From the NCBI GenBank assembly GCA_963803435.1, contig CAWDML010000001.1, forward strand, positions 64,001 to 128,000: 64,000 nucleotides of DNA, written 5' to 3'. Position 1 is the first letter of the stretch, and each line of letters opens with the position of its first letter. A model generated the notes under the pieces. That model saw only the letters and a list, made by a program, of their open reading frames with translations. It was not told the origin of the DNA and did no database searches. The translations under genes were made by a program, and so were the position numbers. Shown piece by piece: positions 22,275-32,208 of the stretch. The DNA comes from an uncultured delta proteobacterium. Lineage in GTDB: Bacteria > Myxococcota > Kuafuiibacteriia > Kuafuiibacteriales > Kuafuiibacteriaceae.

Positions 22275-22961
22275 ATGCTGGAGCGGCTCCTGGCCGACGG
22301 GAAGGACGCGTTCCGCAGCGCGGACTACGTGCGGGCGGAGGCCCTGCTCAAGCAGGCCCTCGACAACGGCGCCGCCGGCTACGCCGACGTTCACCACACG
22401 CTCGGCCTCATCTATCACACGTGGGGCCGCTTCCCTCAGGCGCGGGCCGCCTTCGAGGAGGCGCTGCGCATCAACCCGCGCTATACCGAGGCCGCCCTGA
22501 ACCTCGCGATCACCTACAACGATCTCGGCCGCTACGCCGAAGCACAGGAGCTGTTCCTCCGCGTGCAGCCGTCGCCGGAGGAGCGCGTCGACAACCTGAC
22601 GCGGGGGAAGATCGCGAACCTGCACAAGACCGTGGGCGAGGCCTATCGCTCCGCCGGGCTCGCGCGAGAGGCCGCCGAAGAGTACGACAAGGCGCTGGCG
22701 CTCTGCCCCGACTTCGTCGACATCCGGATGGAGCTGGCGCACGCCCTGGCGGAGGCCGGCGATGTCGAGCGGGCGATCGACCAGATGGAGGCGGTGCTGG
22801 CGCGTCGCCCCGGCTTCGAGCCGGCGTTGCTCCACCTCGGGCTCCTGCTGCATCGGGCCGGCGACGTGGCCGCGGCGAAAACGGCCTTTTCCCAGGTTCT
22901 GGACGTGCATCCGGGACACGAGCGGGCGGCCATGTATCTCCGTATGCTTGAACCGAGATAA
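22275..22961 (+). CDS. TPR repeat protein
   Basis: 'ALRINPRYTEAALNLA', 'ALALCPDFVDIR'. Confidence 0.88.
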   Translation: MLERLLADGKDAFRSADYVRAEALLKQALDNGAAGYADVHHTLGLIYHTWGRFPQARAAFEEALRINPRYTEAALNLAITYNDLGRYAEAQELFLRVQPSPEERVDNLTRGKIANLHKTVGEAYRSAGLAREAAEEYDKALALCPDFVDIRMELAHALAEAGDVERAIDQMEAVLARRPGFEPALLHLGLLLHRAGDVAAAKTAFSQVLDVHPGHERAAMYLRMLEPR

Positions 22962-22985
22962 CGTTCGGCATAGGGTCCGCCTTCA

Positions 22986-23900
22986 ATGCCGGCCTATGCC
23001 CTGAGATTCATCTCCGGCAAGTACCAGGGCGGCGAATTCCCGCTTCCCCCCGAGCGCGAGATCGTCATCGGTCGCTCCTCGGACCTCGACATGGTGCTGG
23101 TCGAGGACATGGTCTCGAGAAAGCACGCCAAGATCACGACGAACGGTTCCCAGATCGTCATCATGGATCTGGGCTCGACCAACGGCACTTTCGTCAACGG
23201 CGAGAAGGTCCGCAAGACGCGCCTCAAGGAGGGCGACCGGATCCTGATTGGGACCTCCATCCTGAAGGTGGTCGTCACACAGCACTCCGGCCTCTCCACC
23301 TCCGAGGCCCGGGAGCAGCTGGCCGCGGCGGGCCGGGAGGAGAAGCGCACCTCCTCGATGAGCGGGACGCTCGAGGAGGTGCCGATCCCGGACCTGCTCC
23401 AGCTCTTCTCCACCTCGAAGCGGACCGGCGTGCTGCACATCCGCTCCGACCTCGGCTACGGCAAGATCTATCTCCGCAACGGCGCGATCTTCTACGCGTC
23501 CATCGACGACGATCACGACCTCGGCCCCATGAAGTCGCTCTGCCGCATGGTGGGATGGGACCGGGGCGCGTTCGAGGTGGGCCCACCCGAGGAGGGCGCG
23601 GAGTTCATGCTGGAGCTGGAGGACTCGACCGAGTCGCTGCTGATGGAGTCGCTCCGTCAGCTCGACGAGTTCCGTCGCATCGCGCCCGACCTGCCGGCGC
23701 CCCACGAGCCGCTGATGGTGCCCCGCCCGCTCGAGCCCATGCTCACCAACCTCGAGCCGCTCGAGATCGAGATCTTTCAGCTGATCTACAACGTGGGCGT
23801 GCTCCAGAACGTCTTCGATCAATCGCCGGCCACCGACTACGAGACGGCGGCGGCGATCCTGAAGCTGATGTCGCAGGGCTACGTCACTCGTCAGCAGTAG
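22986..23900 (+). CDS. FHA domain + DUF4388 (PatA-N-like) protein
   Basis: 'IGRS...VSRKHA...DLGSTNGTFVNG'; 'MSGTLEEVPIPDLLQL...RTGVL'. Confidence 0.9.
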   Translation: MPAYALRFISGKYQGGEFPLPPEREIVIGRSSDLDMVLVEDMVSRKHAKITTNGSQIVIMDLGSTNGTFVNGEKVRKTRLKEGDRILIGTSILKVVVTQHSGLSTSEAREQLAAAGREEKRTSSMSGTLEEVPIPDLLQLFSTSKRTGVLHIRSDLGYGKIYLRNGAIFYASIDDDHDLGPMKSLCRMVGWDRGAFEVGPPEEGAEFMLELEDSTESLLMESLRQLDEFRRIAPDLPAPHEPLMVPRPLEPMLTNLEPLEIEIFQLIYNVGVLQNVFDQSPATDYETAAAILKLMSQGYVTRQQ

Positions 23901-24868
23901 TCGGCGCAGGCGGACGCGGGACCAGCCCAGCCCACGGCTTCAACGACGGCTGGGGGAGGATCGGCTTGTGCGCCTTGATCACCTTGGCGTCCACCATCTG
24001 CTCGTAGAGGCGTTGCTCCGGCCATCCCTCGGCGAGGACGCCGGTCGGGTCGACGCCCATACGCTCGGCGGCCCGCGGGATCGCGAACTCCAGGAAGGCG
24101 CGGAGCGTCCGCCCCTGCGCGGGGCTGTGCTGATGCCAGGCCTCCACCACGTCGTCGTGGATCTCCCAGCGCTCGATCGAGCGCTCCGCCTCGCGGACGA
24201 AGTTCTTCTCGTCGGCGTCGGTGTAGCCGTACGGGATCGGACAGAGCACCGCCTCAGGACCGCCCTGCGCCACCTCGGAGGTCCAGGTCATCGGATAGAG
24301 CCGACACAGCGAGGGGCGGGCCTCGTAGACGCCGCAGCGCTCGTAGCCGCCGAGTCGGACCAGCGCGTGACAGGCGCCGTCGTCGGCTCTCTTGAGCTGG
24401 ATCTCGGCGCGTCCGTTCCAGCCGTTCTCGGCGGGGACGATCCGGGAATCGCGGTCGATCATGAACGAGTGCACGCCGTGATGGCTGGGGACGAAGGTCA
24501 TGCCGGCGAAGAAGGGGACGCCGAGGGTCTTGCAGTAGTGGACGGCGTCGGGGAGCGAGACCTTCACGTTCAGGCGGCAACAGCGCGAGGGACAGAGCTG
24601 ACAGGCGCCGAGCACCGGCAGGTAGGGCGCGATTCTTGCTGACCGGGAGGCCGTCGGGCCCCACCTTGGGCACGTAGGCGGACATCTGAACCTTCACGTC
24701 GAACGGACGTCCCTCGGCGCGGGCGCGGAAGGCGGGGCCGAGCGGCACCCCTTCGGTCGGGCGGATGTCCTTCTGCTTCTTCTGCTTCTTCTGCTTCTTC
24801 GGCTTCTTCTCGTCGGCCTTCTCGTTCTTCGCGTTCTTCTTGGCCTTCTTGTCCTTCTTGTGCCCCAC
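23884..24868 (-). CDS. YkgJ-family CxxCxxxCC cysteine-cluster protein with Lys-rich N-terminus, frameshift ~24628
   Basis: 'CQLCPSRCC', 'CGVYEARPSLCRLYP'; the upstream frame 'GHKKDKKAKK...' joins at 'KNR|PYLPVLG'. Confidence 0.75.
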
Positions 24869-25052
24869 GACCGAGGGACCATGACACGAGTTCCCCCGCG
24901 ATGCAGGGGTCGCGAGGTCCTCCCTTTGGCCCGTGGCCAAACGGGATGCGTACGAGAGATAACTACATTCAAGCTTGGTCGCTGGATGTGCGACCTCGTG
25001 CTGTACTCCGCGACGGGCGGCGGGGCCAAGTCGTCCGTCGCGGAGGTATCCA

Positions 25053-25952
25053 ATGCCGGAGTACCCGGACGTCACCGTCTACATCGAGCGCCTCGAAGAC
25101 CGGATCCACGGCGCGGTTCTCGAGAACGTCCGGCTCGCCAGCCCGTTCCTCCTCCGCAGCGTCGAACCGCCCATCACCGCGGCGAAGGGCAAGAAGGTCA
25201 CCGGCCTGCGCCGCCTCGGCAAGCGCATCGTCATCGAGCTCGAGGACGACCTCTTCCTCGTCATCCACCTGATGATCGCCGGGCGGCTCCGCTGGAGCCC
25301 CGCCGCGGTCGCGCCAGTGCCGGGCCGGATCGGGCTGGCGGCGTTCGACTTCTCCACCGGGACCCTCCTGTTCACCGAGGCCGGCACCAAGAAGCGCGCC
25401 TCGCTCCACGTGGCCAAGGGCGAGGCGGCCCTGGCCGTCCACGACCGCGGCGGCCTCGAGCTCTTCGTGTGCACAGAGGCCGAGTTCAAAGAGGCGCTCA
25501 CGCGCGAGAACCACACGCTCAAGCGCTCCCTCACCGACCCCAGGCTCTTCTCGGGGATCGGCAACGCCTACTCCGACGAGATCCTTCACCGGGCCCGCCT
25601 CTCCCCGATGAAGCTCACCCAGAAGATGACCGGCGAGGAGATCACCCGTCTGTTCGAGATGACCAAGGAGACGCTGCTCGACTGGACCGACCGCCTACGC
25701 CGCGAGGCCGGCGACGACTTCCCGAAGAACGTGACCGCGTTTCGCGAGGGCATGGCCGTCCACGGCCGTTACAAGGAGCCGTGTCCGGTGTGCGGCACCA
25801 AGATCCAGCGGGTGCTCTTCGCGGAGAACGAGATGAACTACTGCCCGCGCTGTCAGAACGAGGGCCGGATGCTCGCCGATCGCTCGCTGTCGCGTCTGCT
25901 CAAGAAGGACTGGCCGAAGACGATCGAAGAGCTGGAAGGCTCCAAGCGCTGA
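25053..25952 (+). CDS. Fpg/Nei family DNA glycosylase
   Basis: N-terminal 'MPEYPDV', 'HLMIAG', H2TH 'GIGNAYSDEIL', zinc finger 'CPVC...CPRCQ'. Confidence 0.93.
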   Translation: MPEYPDVTVYIERLEDRIHGAVLENVRLASPFLLRSVEPPITAAKGKKVTGLRRLGKRIVIELEDDLFLVIHLMIAGRLRWSPAAVAPVPGRIGLAAFDFSTGTLLFTEAGTKKRASLHVAKGEAALAVHDRGGLELFVCTEAEFKEALTRENHTLKRSLTDPRLFSGIGNAYSDEILHRARLSPMKLTQKMTGEEITRLFEMTKETLLDWTDRLRREAGDDFPKNVTAFREGMAVHGRYKEPCPVCGTKIQRVLFAENEMNYCPRCQNEGRMLADRSLSRLLKKDWPKTIEELEGSKR

Positions 25953-25958
25953 GGGGTC

Positions 25959-27998
25959 TCAATCGACGATCGACTTCACGGAGACCTCGCCGGTCGTGGG
26001 CTCCGTGTCGTCGGTGGTGCTCCAAGGGCTGGGAGCGCCGGGGACCCAGGTATCGTCGGGCGTCGGGAAGCTGCGCTTGGGCGGCGCGGCGTCCTGGAGG
26101 TAGATGCGCGCGATGTCGGCCTCGTCGATGAAGCCGATGACCGCGCCGCTGTCATCGACGACCGGCAGCTCGCGAAGCTCCGCCTGGAGCATCTTGCGCG
26201 CGGCCACCGAGGCATCGTCCTGAGGGCGGACGCTGACCGCGCGCTGCATGACATCGGTGGCGACGCTCCAGCTCAGCAGATCCTCCTCACCCGAGAGCGT
26301 GCGCAGGGCCTCGGAGGTGACGATGCCCTTGAGCGCGCCGGTCGCGTCGCGCACCGGGAAGATGTCCTGGTGCTCGTCGGCCTGGCTGGCCCGATGCAAC
26401 ATGTCCTGCGCCTTGGTCTGAGGCTCGAACATGATCCAGGACCGCTCCTCCGACATCAGATCCTTCACGCAGAAGCGGGTCAGCAGATCCTTGAGCGCGC
26501 CGCGCTGATGCACCGGCGAGTCCCGCATCGTGGGGAGCTGGGCGTCGTAGAGCGTGCGGTTGCGGAGCACCACGAACGCGATCGCCTCGGCGAGCATCAG
26601 CGGTACCAGGAGGTCGTAGCTGCCCGCCATCTCGCAGACCAGGACCAGCGAGGCGAGCGGCGCGTGCGCGATCCCTCCGTAGAACGCGCCCATCCCCACC
26701 AGCGCGAACGCGCCCGGATCGATGTTGGGATCGTTGAGCAGAAGCCCGGCCGCGCGGCCGAAGGCGCCGCCGAGCAGCGCGCCCATCACCATCGCCGGGG
26801 CGAAGTCGCCGGCGCTCCCGCCCGATCCGATCGTCAGAGAGGACGCGACCAGCTTCACCACCGCCAGGAGGAGCAGGATCTCCACTGCGCGCCAGCCGCC
26901 GCCGATGAACGGCGATCCGGTGATGGCGATCTGCGCGGCCCCGTAGCCGCCGCCGAGCACGCCGAGGCCTTGCCCCGGGCTGCCGATGCGCGGCCCCATG
27001 AACGCGATGATCGGCGCCGCCATCAGGCCCAGCGCCAGCCCGCCGATCGCCGGGCGCAGCCACCGCGGCACCGGAAACCGGCGCACCGTGCTGCGCACCA
27101 GGTGGAGCGTCGAGACGAACATCGACGCGAGCGCCGCCACCAACACCGCCATCAGCCCGTAGAGCGGGAGGTGCCGCTGGAAGAAGGGATAGCTGGGCGC
27201 GTGAGCGAAGAGTACGCTCTCACCGAAGATCGAGATGACGACCGAGTACGAGACCACGCTGGCGAGGACCGCCGGGATCAGCGCGTCGGCCTCGAAGCCC
27301 TCCCGGTAGAGGACCTCCACCACCAGAATGGCGGCGCCGAGGGGCGTACGGAACACCGCCGAGATCCCCGCCGCCGCCCCCGCGATCAACAGGATTCGGC
27401 GCTCGCGTGAGTTCACCCGCAGCGCGCTGGAGACCAGCGAGCCCAGGGCGCCGCCGATCTGCATCGTCGGTCCCTCGCGGCCGCCGGCGCCGCCGGTCCC
27501 GAGCGTGAAGATCGAGGCGAAGAACTTCACCGCGGCCACGCGCTTTCGCACCATGCCGCCGTGGTGATGGAACGCCGCGATGAACGCATCGCCGCCACCG
27601 CCGCGGCTCTCGGGGGCGAGGCGCATCAACAGGCCCGCGGCCAGCCCGCCGATCGCAGGGATCAGCGCCAGCAGCCAGGGGCGGAAGGTGACGTCGGTGA
27701 GCGCCTCGTGGAACGCCTCGCCGTACGCGGGCAGCGGATGGAACCCGGCCAGGCGCTCGAGCACGACGTGCTGCATCCCCTCGACCACCGCGAAGAAAGC
27801 GGCGCCCACCAGACCGGCCGCCACGCCCACCAGCGCCGCGTGCAGGAGGACGCGACGCAGCAGGCCGAGATCGAGGATGGACGACGGCTCGAAGAAGCCG
27901 AGCACCCTCGAGGCCTGAACCATCATCGTCCGGGGAAGCTGCGACCATCCACCCGGCTCGTTCGGCGAGCTCGGGCTCGGCTGGGGGCCCTCGGGCAC
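25959..27998 (-). CDS. ClC chloride channel/antiporter with CBS pair
   Basis: 'GREGPTMQIG', 'FRTPLG', 'GGSAGDFAP', C-terminal CBS domains; start uncertain. Confidence 0.9.
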   Translation of the reverse strand: MPEGPQPSPSSPNEPGGWSQLPRTMMVQASRVLGFFEPSSILDLGLLRRVLLHAALVGVAAGLVGAAFFAVVEGMQHVVLERLAGFHPLPAYGEAFHEALTDVTFRPWLLALIPAIGGLAAGLLMRLAPESRGGGGDAFIAAFHHHGGMVRKRVAAVKFFASIFTLGTGGAGGREGPTMQIGGALGSLVSSALRVNSRERRILLIAGAAAGISAVFRTPLGAAILVVEVLYREGFEADALIPAVLASVVSYSVVISIFGESVLFAHAPSYPFFQRHLPLYGLMAVLVAALASMFVSTLHLVRSTVRRFPVPRWLRPAIGGLALGLMAAPIIAFMGPRIGSPGQGLGVLGGGYGAAQIAITGSPFIGGGWRAVEILLLLAVVKLVASSLTIGSGGSAGDFAPAMVMGALLGGAFGRAAGLLLNDPNIDPGAFALVGMGAFYGGIAHAPLASLVLVCEMAGSYDLLVPLMLAEAIAFVVLRNRTLYDAQLPTMRDSPVHQRGALKDLLTRFCVKDLMSEERSWIMFEPQTKAQDMLHRASQADEHQDIFPVRDATGALKGIVTSEALRTLSGEEDLLSWSVATDVMQRAVSVRPQDDASVAARKMLQAELRELPVVDDSGAVIGFIDEADIARIYLQDAAPPKRSFPTPDDTWVPGAPSPWSTTDDTEPTTGEVSVKSIVD

Positions 27999-28029
27999 TG
28001 CTTGGATATAGGCTTCGATACCGAGCGAT

Positions 28030-29091
28030 TCAAGTGTCTCGGTGGGCCGCCGGCAGAGGTGCGCGGGAGAAGAGCTCGAGATCACCTTCGCGCACGCTGA
28101 CTTTCCTCGGGTCGAGCGACTCGGGCGCGGGCACGTCCTCCGTGATCCGCTTGAGGACCAGGAGACGCTCGGCCTTCTTGCGGACGCCGCCCATCCCAAT
28201 CAACGCTTGCTCGACGTTGCTGCCCGCCACGGCAAACCCGCGAAGCACCTCGGTGCCCTCGGTCATGGCCCAAAGCGCGACCTCTCCGAGAAACACCGCA
28301 TGGGCCCGGCGGCCCGGCTCGCGATTCCAGTGATCCACGACATGCGTCTCGACCCGCCCCCGGTCGGTCTCCTCCAGCCGGACGGCCGCGAACCCGTCGA
28401 GCCCCAGCCCGACGCGTCGCCGGTGCACGAAGAAGCGGTGGGCGCCGCGCGGGTCCTCGAGGTAGCGCCAGGCGAGGTAGCGCTCGGACTTGTGGACCGC
28501 GAAGCTGTGCTCGCGCCTTCGCATCGCGTGGGCCTGCGAGAGGCGTTGTAGGTGGTCGGCGTCCAGCTCGACCTCGACCAGCTTGGTGCGAATGCGCGCC
28601 GCCTCCCGGGCGATCGCGCGGAGCGGGTTCATCGAGTCGCGTCCCATCCGGCGGGAGATCCCAAGCCCGAGGTAGAGGCTCCGCACCGCCACCTCGGCGA
28701 GCGGAAAGAACCCGAGCGCGACGAAGTGCCGGCGAAGGTGCGGCTCGACCGCAGCGAAGACCAGCTTGACGCCGTCGGCCCCCAGCTCGGCGCAGAGCGC
28801 ATCGAAGAGCGCGCGATCGAAGGCCTCGTCCCCGGATAGCCGGGCGAGGTCACCACCGGCCACCTGCGCCGCCGGCACCACCTCGCCGGAGAGGACCATC
28901 TCGTTTCGGATCGCGGAGGCCCAGGCGCGCGGTCCGCCGTGCTTCTCTCCGATCGCGAAGCACGGTCCCTTGGCGCTGACCGGCGCCGACTCGAATCGCC
29001 ATCGCCAGAGCGCGCCGCCGATGGCCTGCGCCTCGACGGTGGACAGGCGCGCGATGACCTCGTCCCGCTGGTCGGGCCTGAACAGGTCCAT
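28030..29091 (-). CDS. GNAT-fold-like protein
   Basis: 'WRWRF' and 'YLAWRYLEDP' pattern of tandem-GNAT proteins; start uncertain. Confidence 0.55.
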   Translation of the reverse strand: MDLFRPDQRDEVIARLSTVEAQAIGGALWRWRFESAPVSAKGPCFAIGEKHGGPRAWASAIRNEMVLSGEVVPAAQVAGGDLARLSGDEAFDRALFDALCAELGADGVKLVFAAVEPHLRRHFVALGFFPLAEVAVRSLYLGLGISRRMGRDSMNPLRAIAREAARIRTKLVEVELDADHLQRLSQAHAMRRREHSFAVHKSERYLAWRYLEDPRGAHRFFVHRRRVGLGLDGFAAVRLEETDRGRVETHVVDHWNREPGRRAHAVFLGEVALWAMTEGTEVLRGFAVAGSNVEQALIGMGGVRKKAERLLVLKRITEDVPAPESLDPRKVSVREGDLELFSRAPLPAAHRDT

Positions 29092-29096
29092 ATCGA

Positions 29097-31268
29097 TCAG
29101 TGCTGGACGATCGCCATTGGTTGCTTCTTCTTGGCCGCGCTCCGAATCGAGCGTTCGTCGCGGTCGATACTGAGGACGTCCATCGGACACACCTCAACAC
29201 AGATCCCGCATTGGATGCACGCCGAGTTGTGATTCGAGAGATCCTCCCGCATCTGGGCGAACTTCTGCACCGGGATCCCCATCTGGCAGTACCGGGTGCA
29301 TTCGCCACAGCCGATACACTTCTCGTTCGAGACGATCTTGATCCGCGTGAACAGCTTGGCCAGGAGCTCCATGTACGCGCGGAGCGGGCAGATGAACCGG
29401 CACCACACGCGGTTGCCCAGATACGGATAGAACGCCACACCCACGACCGAGGCGAACCAGAAGTCGACCATCAGGCCGTACCACTGCTGGGCGAAGATCT
29501 TCGCGTTGACCCAGGCGTTGCTGGTGGCGAACCGCCACACGTCGACGCTCAGGATCAGGAGCGTGGTCACCGCAGCGCAGGCGAGGATGAAGCGGCCGAA
29601 CCACTCGAGCTTCTTCGCCGAGGTCCCGCGCGGCGCCAGGTGCCGCCAGCGATCCCCGAGCGTCTCGGCGAGCCCGCCGCACCCGCACGCCCAGGAGCAG
29701 AAGCGCTCGCCGTGATAGCGGACGAACAGCGGCATGCCGATGAACGCGGTGGCGGCGCCCACCAGGAGCCAGGTGGTGTCGGTGTCGATCAAGGACCAGA
29801 TCGAGAGCGGCCACGGGACGCTGATCGCGTAGAGCTTCCAGGGACGCTCGATGATGAAGGGCGCGATCAGCTCGGGGACGCCGAACAGGAACACCAGCTG
29901 GAAGATCATCAGCGACAGGTAGCGCTTGGTCTGGATGGGCGAGCGGTACTTCCTGATCGCGAGGATCGCGAAGACGGTGATCATGACCGAATAGACCACC
30001 GAGCCCCAGAAGCCGCCGTCGACCATGCGCCAGCCGAAGTCGCCGTGCACCCAGCTCTGTAGGTCGCCGAGCGGCTGTCCGGGTCCGAAGGGCCAGTGGT
30101 ACGGCTTCGCCCAGTCGGGAACCGACTTGAACGACTTCATCCCGTAGAACAGGTAGATCATGACCGCGAAGCTGGTGACCCAGAGGGCGCGCTGCCAGGT
30201 AAAGGCGCCCTCCATCATCACCCCGATGCGGTCGAGGAACGGGATGGGGAGCTTGGTGCCGATCAGCGCGAAGACGGTGTCGTATCGCCACTCGATCTCC
30301 CGGTTGAGCGCCGAGATCTTCACCACCTCGGGCGTGACCTCCTTGATCTTGGTGTCGAGGAGCGCCTCCACCTTCCCGTCCGCGATCAGCGCGTTGATGC
30401 GCTCGAGGTTGAGCGCCTTGCAGCGGGAGAAGGTGCTCTGGCGGTACGAGATGGCGACGATCGCCCCCGCCTGTGCCAGCGAGACGGCCGCCTCGACAGC
30501 GCTGTCGCCGCCGCCGACGACCAGCACGCGCTCGCCCTTGTGCTTGTCGGGATCGGCGAGGCCGTAGAGGACCTTCGCGTTGCCCTCCTCCCCGGGGACG
30601 CCCAGCTTGTTGACGGCTCCACGACGCCCGATCGCGAGGATCACGCGGCGCGCCGTGATGGTGAGCTTGTCGCCCGGCTTCGCCTCCGGCCCGCCCAGCC
30701 GCTCGCCCTTGCCGACGGTGGTCTGGACCTCGAAGAGCTCGCCCTTCTTCTGGATCCCGGTCACCTCCTCGGGCTGGCGGATCACCAGCTTTCGCTCGTC
30801 GAGCGCCTGCTCCCACTCGACGACGAGGTCCTCCTTGATCCGATCCTGAAAGGGGAAGCGGGCCGAGCTGCCGAAGTCGCGCGGCTCCGAGAACACGTGC
30901 TTGTTCTTGGGATAGTTCTGAATGGTGTTGAACGGCTTCTCCCGCTCGAGCACCTCGAAGCTGAGGCCGTGCTTCTGGCAGGCGAGCGCCGCCCCGATGC
31001 CGCTCGGACCGGCGCCGACGATGCAGACGTCCACCACGCCGTCCTTCGGATCCGGTACCCTGCCCCCGAGATCGTTCTCGAACATCCGCGAGACCACGTC
31101 GAAGCCCTGGTTCAGCGCGATCTTGATGACCGGGGCGTCGGCCAGATCCCCGACGATGTAGAGCCCCTTCAGGTTCGACTGATAGTTCTTGTCGAGCTTG
31201 GGCAGCTGGCGCGTGCCTACCTTCGACGAGAACTCGAACGAGATGTTGAGAATCTCCCCCAGTGCCAT
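29097..31268 (-). CDS. FAD/NAD(P) oxidoreductase (TrxB/YpdA-like) fused to a membrane 4Fe-4S (NapH/RdxA-like) domain
   Basis: 'VGAGPSG', 'VVGGGDSAVE', several TMs, 'FCSWACGCG', 'WCRFICP', two CxxCxxCxxxC motifs. Confidence 0.88.
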   Translation of the reverse strand: MALGEILNISFEFSSKVGTRQLPKLDKNYQSNLKGLYIVGDLADAPVIKIALNQGFDVVSRMFENDLGGRVPDPKDGVVDVCIVGAGPSGIGAALACQKHGLSFEVLEREKPFNTIQNYPKNKHVFSEPRDFGSSARFPFQDRIKEDLVVEWEQALDERKLVIRQPEEVTGIQKKGELFEVQTTVGKGERLGGPEAKPGDKLTITARRVILAIGRRGAVNKLGVPGEEGNAKVLYGLADPDKHKGERVLVVGGGDSAVEAAVSLAQAGAIVAISYRQSTFSRCKALNLERINALIADGKVEALLDTKIKEVTPEVVKISALNREIEWRYDTVFALIGTKLPIPFLDRIGVMMEGAFTWQRALWVTSFAVMIYLFYGMKSFKSVPDWAKPYHWPFGPGQPLGDLQSWVHGDFGWRMVDGGFWGSVVYSVMITVFAILAIRKYRSPIQTKRYLSLMIFQLVFLFGVPELIAPFIIERPWKLYAISVPWPLSIWSLIDTDTTWLLVGAATAFIGMPLFVRYHGERFCSWACGCGGLAETLGDRWRHLAPRGTSAKKLEWFGRFILACAAVTTLLILSVDVWRFATSNAWVNAKIFAQQWYGLMVDFWFASVVGVAFYPYLGNRVWCRFICPLRAYMELLAKLFTRIKIVSNEKCIGCGECTRYCQMGIPVQKFAQMREDLSNHNSACIQCGICVEVCPMDVLSIDRDERSIRSAAKKKQPMAIVQH

Positions 31269-31514
31269 GCTGTCGCGCTTCCTAGCACCGATATGCGCGG
31301 CCGGGGAGATGGTTACCATCGAACGCGCGCACGCTGCGCGCAGTGAGGCACATCGGTCTCTTTCGGGCCGCGGTGCCGCGACGTCCTCTCGGCCGCACCG
31401 GCGTCCAGGCCGCGACGTTCGACGGTACCACCCAGAATCCGAAGAGGGACGAGCAGGCCTCGGTGTCGTCGGAGATTGACCGCGTTCGATCCGCGGGTGA
31501 CACGATCGGTGGTC

Positions 31515-32042
31515 ATGGCGAACGACAGTCTCACGATCGAGCGGTTCACTTCGCCGATCGGACCGCTCCTCTTGGTCTCCGACGGCCTCGCGCTCATCGC
31601 GCTCCACCTCGACGACGACGAGGCGAGCGCGCGGGCGTACCTGGTGAAGCAGCACGGAGAGCGCGCGGTCGAGCGCGGGCGCGTCCCCGACCCGATCCGC
31701 GAGGCGCTCACGTCCTACTTCGACGGCGACCTCACCGCGATCGATCGCATCCCGGTCGACGCGAGGGGATCGGAGTTTCAGGTCGAGGTCTGGGCCGCGC
31801 TCAGAACGATCCCCGCCGGCACCACGACCAGCTACGGTGCCCTCGCCCAGCGGATCGGCCGCCCGGGCGCCAGCCGTGCCGTCGGGCTCGCCAACGGCGC
31901 CAACCCCATCGCCATCGTCGTGCCCTGCCACCGCGTCATCGGCGCCGACGGCACGCTCACCGGCTACGGCGGCGGACTGCCCAGAAAGCGCTGGCTCCTC
32001 GCGCACGAGGGCGTCCAGCTCCAGCTGTCGATGGGCTTCTGA
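31515..32042 (+). CDS. ogt: Methylated-DNA--protein-cysteine methyltransferase
   Basis: 'ASRAVG', active site 'PCHRV', 'GYGGG'. Confidence 0.95.
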   Translation: MANDSLTIERFTSPIGPLLLVSDGLALIALHLDDDEASARAYLVKQHGERAVERGRVPDPIREALTSYFDGDLTAIDRIPVDARGSEFQVEVWAALRTIPAGTTTSYGALAQRIGRPGASRAVGLANGANPIAIVVPCHRVIGADGTLTGYGGGLPRKRWLLAHEGVQLQLSMGF

Positions 32043-32208
32043 TGCCCGGTCGAGCCATGCAGCGCGCAGAGCGCGATGCGTAGGGGCGCAGGCGACGTGA
32101 GGTGGGTGCAGATCCGGCTTTGCATGGTCACGTCGTTAGGGACTCGATCGGTCGCGGCTCAGCGATCGGATCTGGGTGCGTGGCGCCGAGGTGGCGCGCT
32201 CCAAGTCT

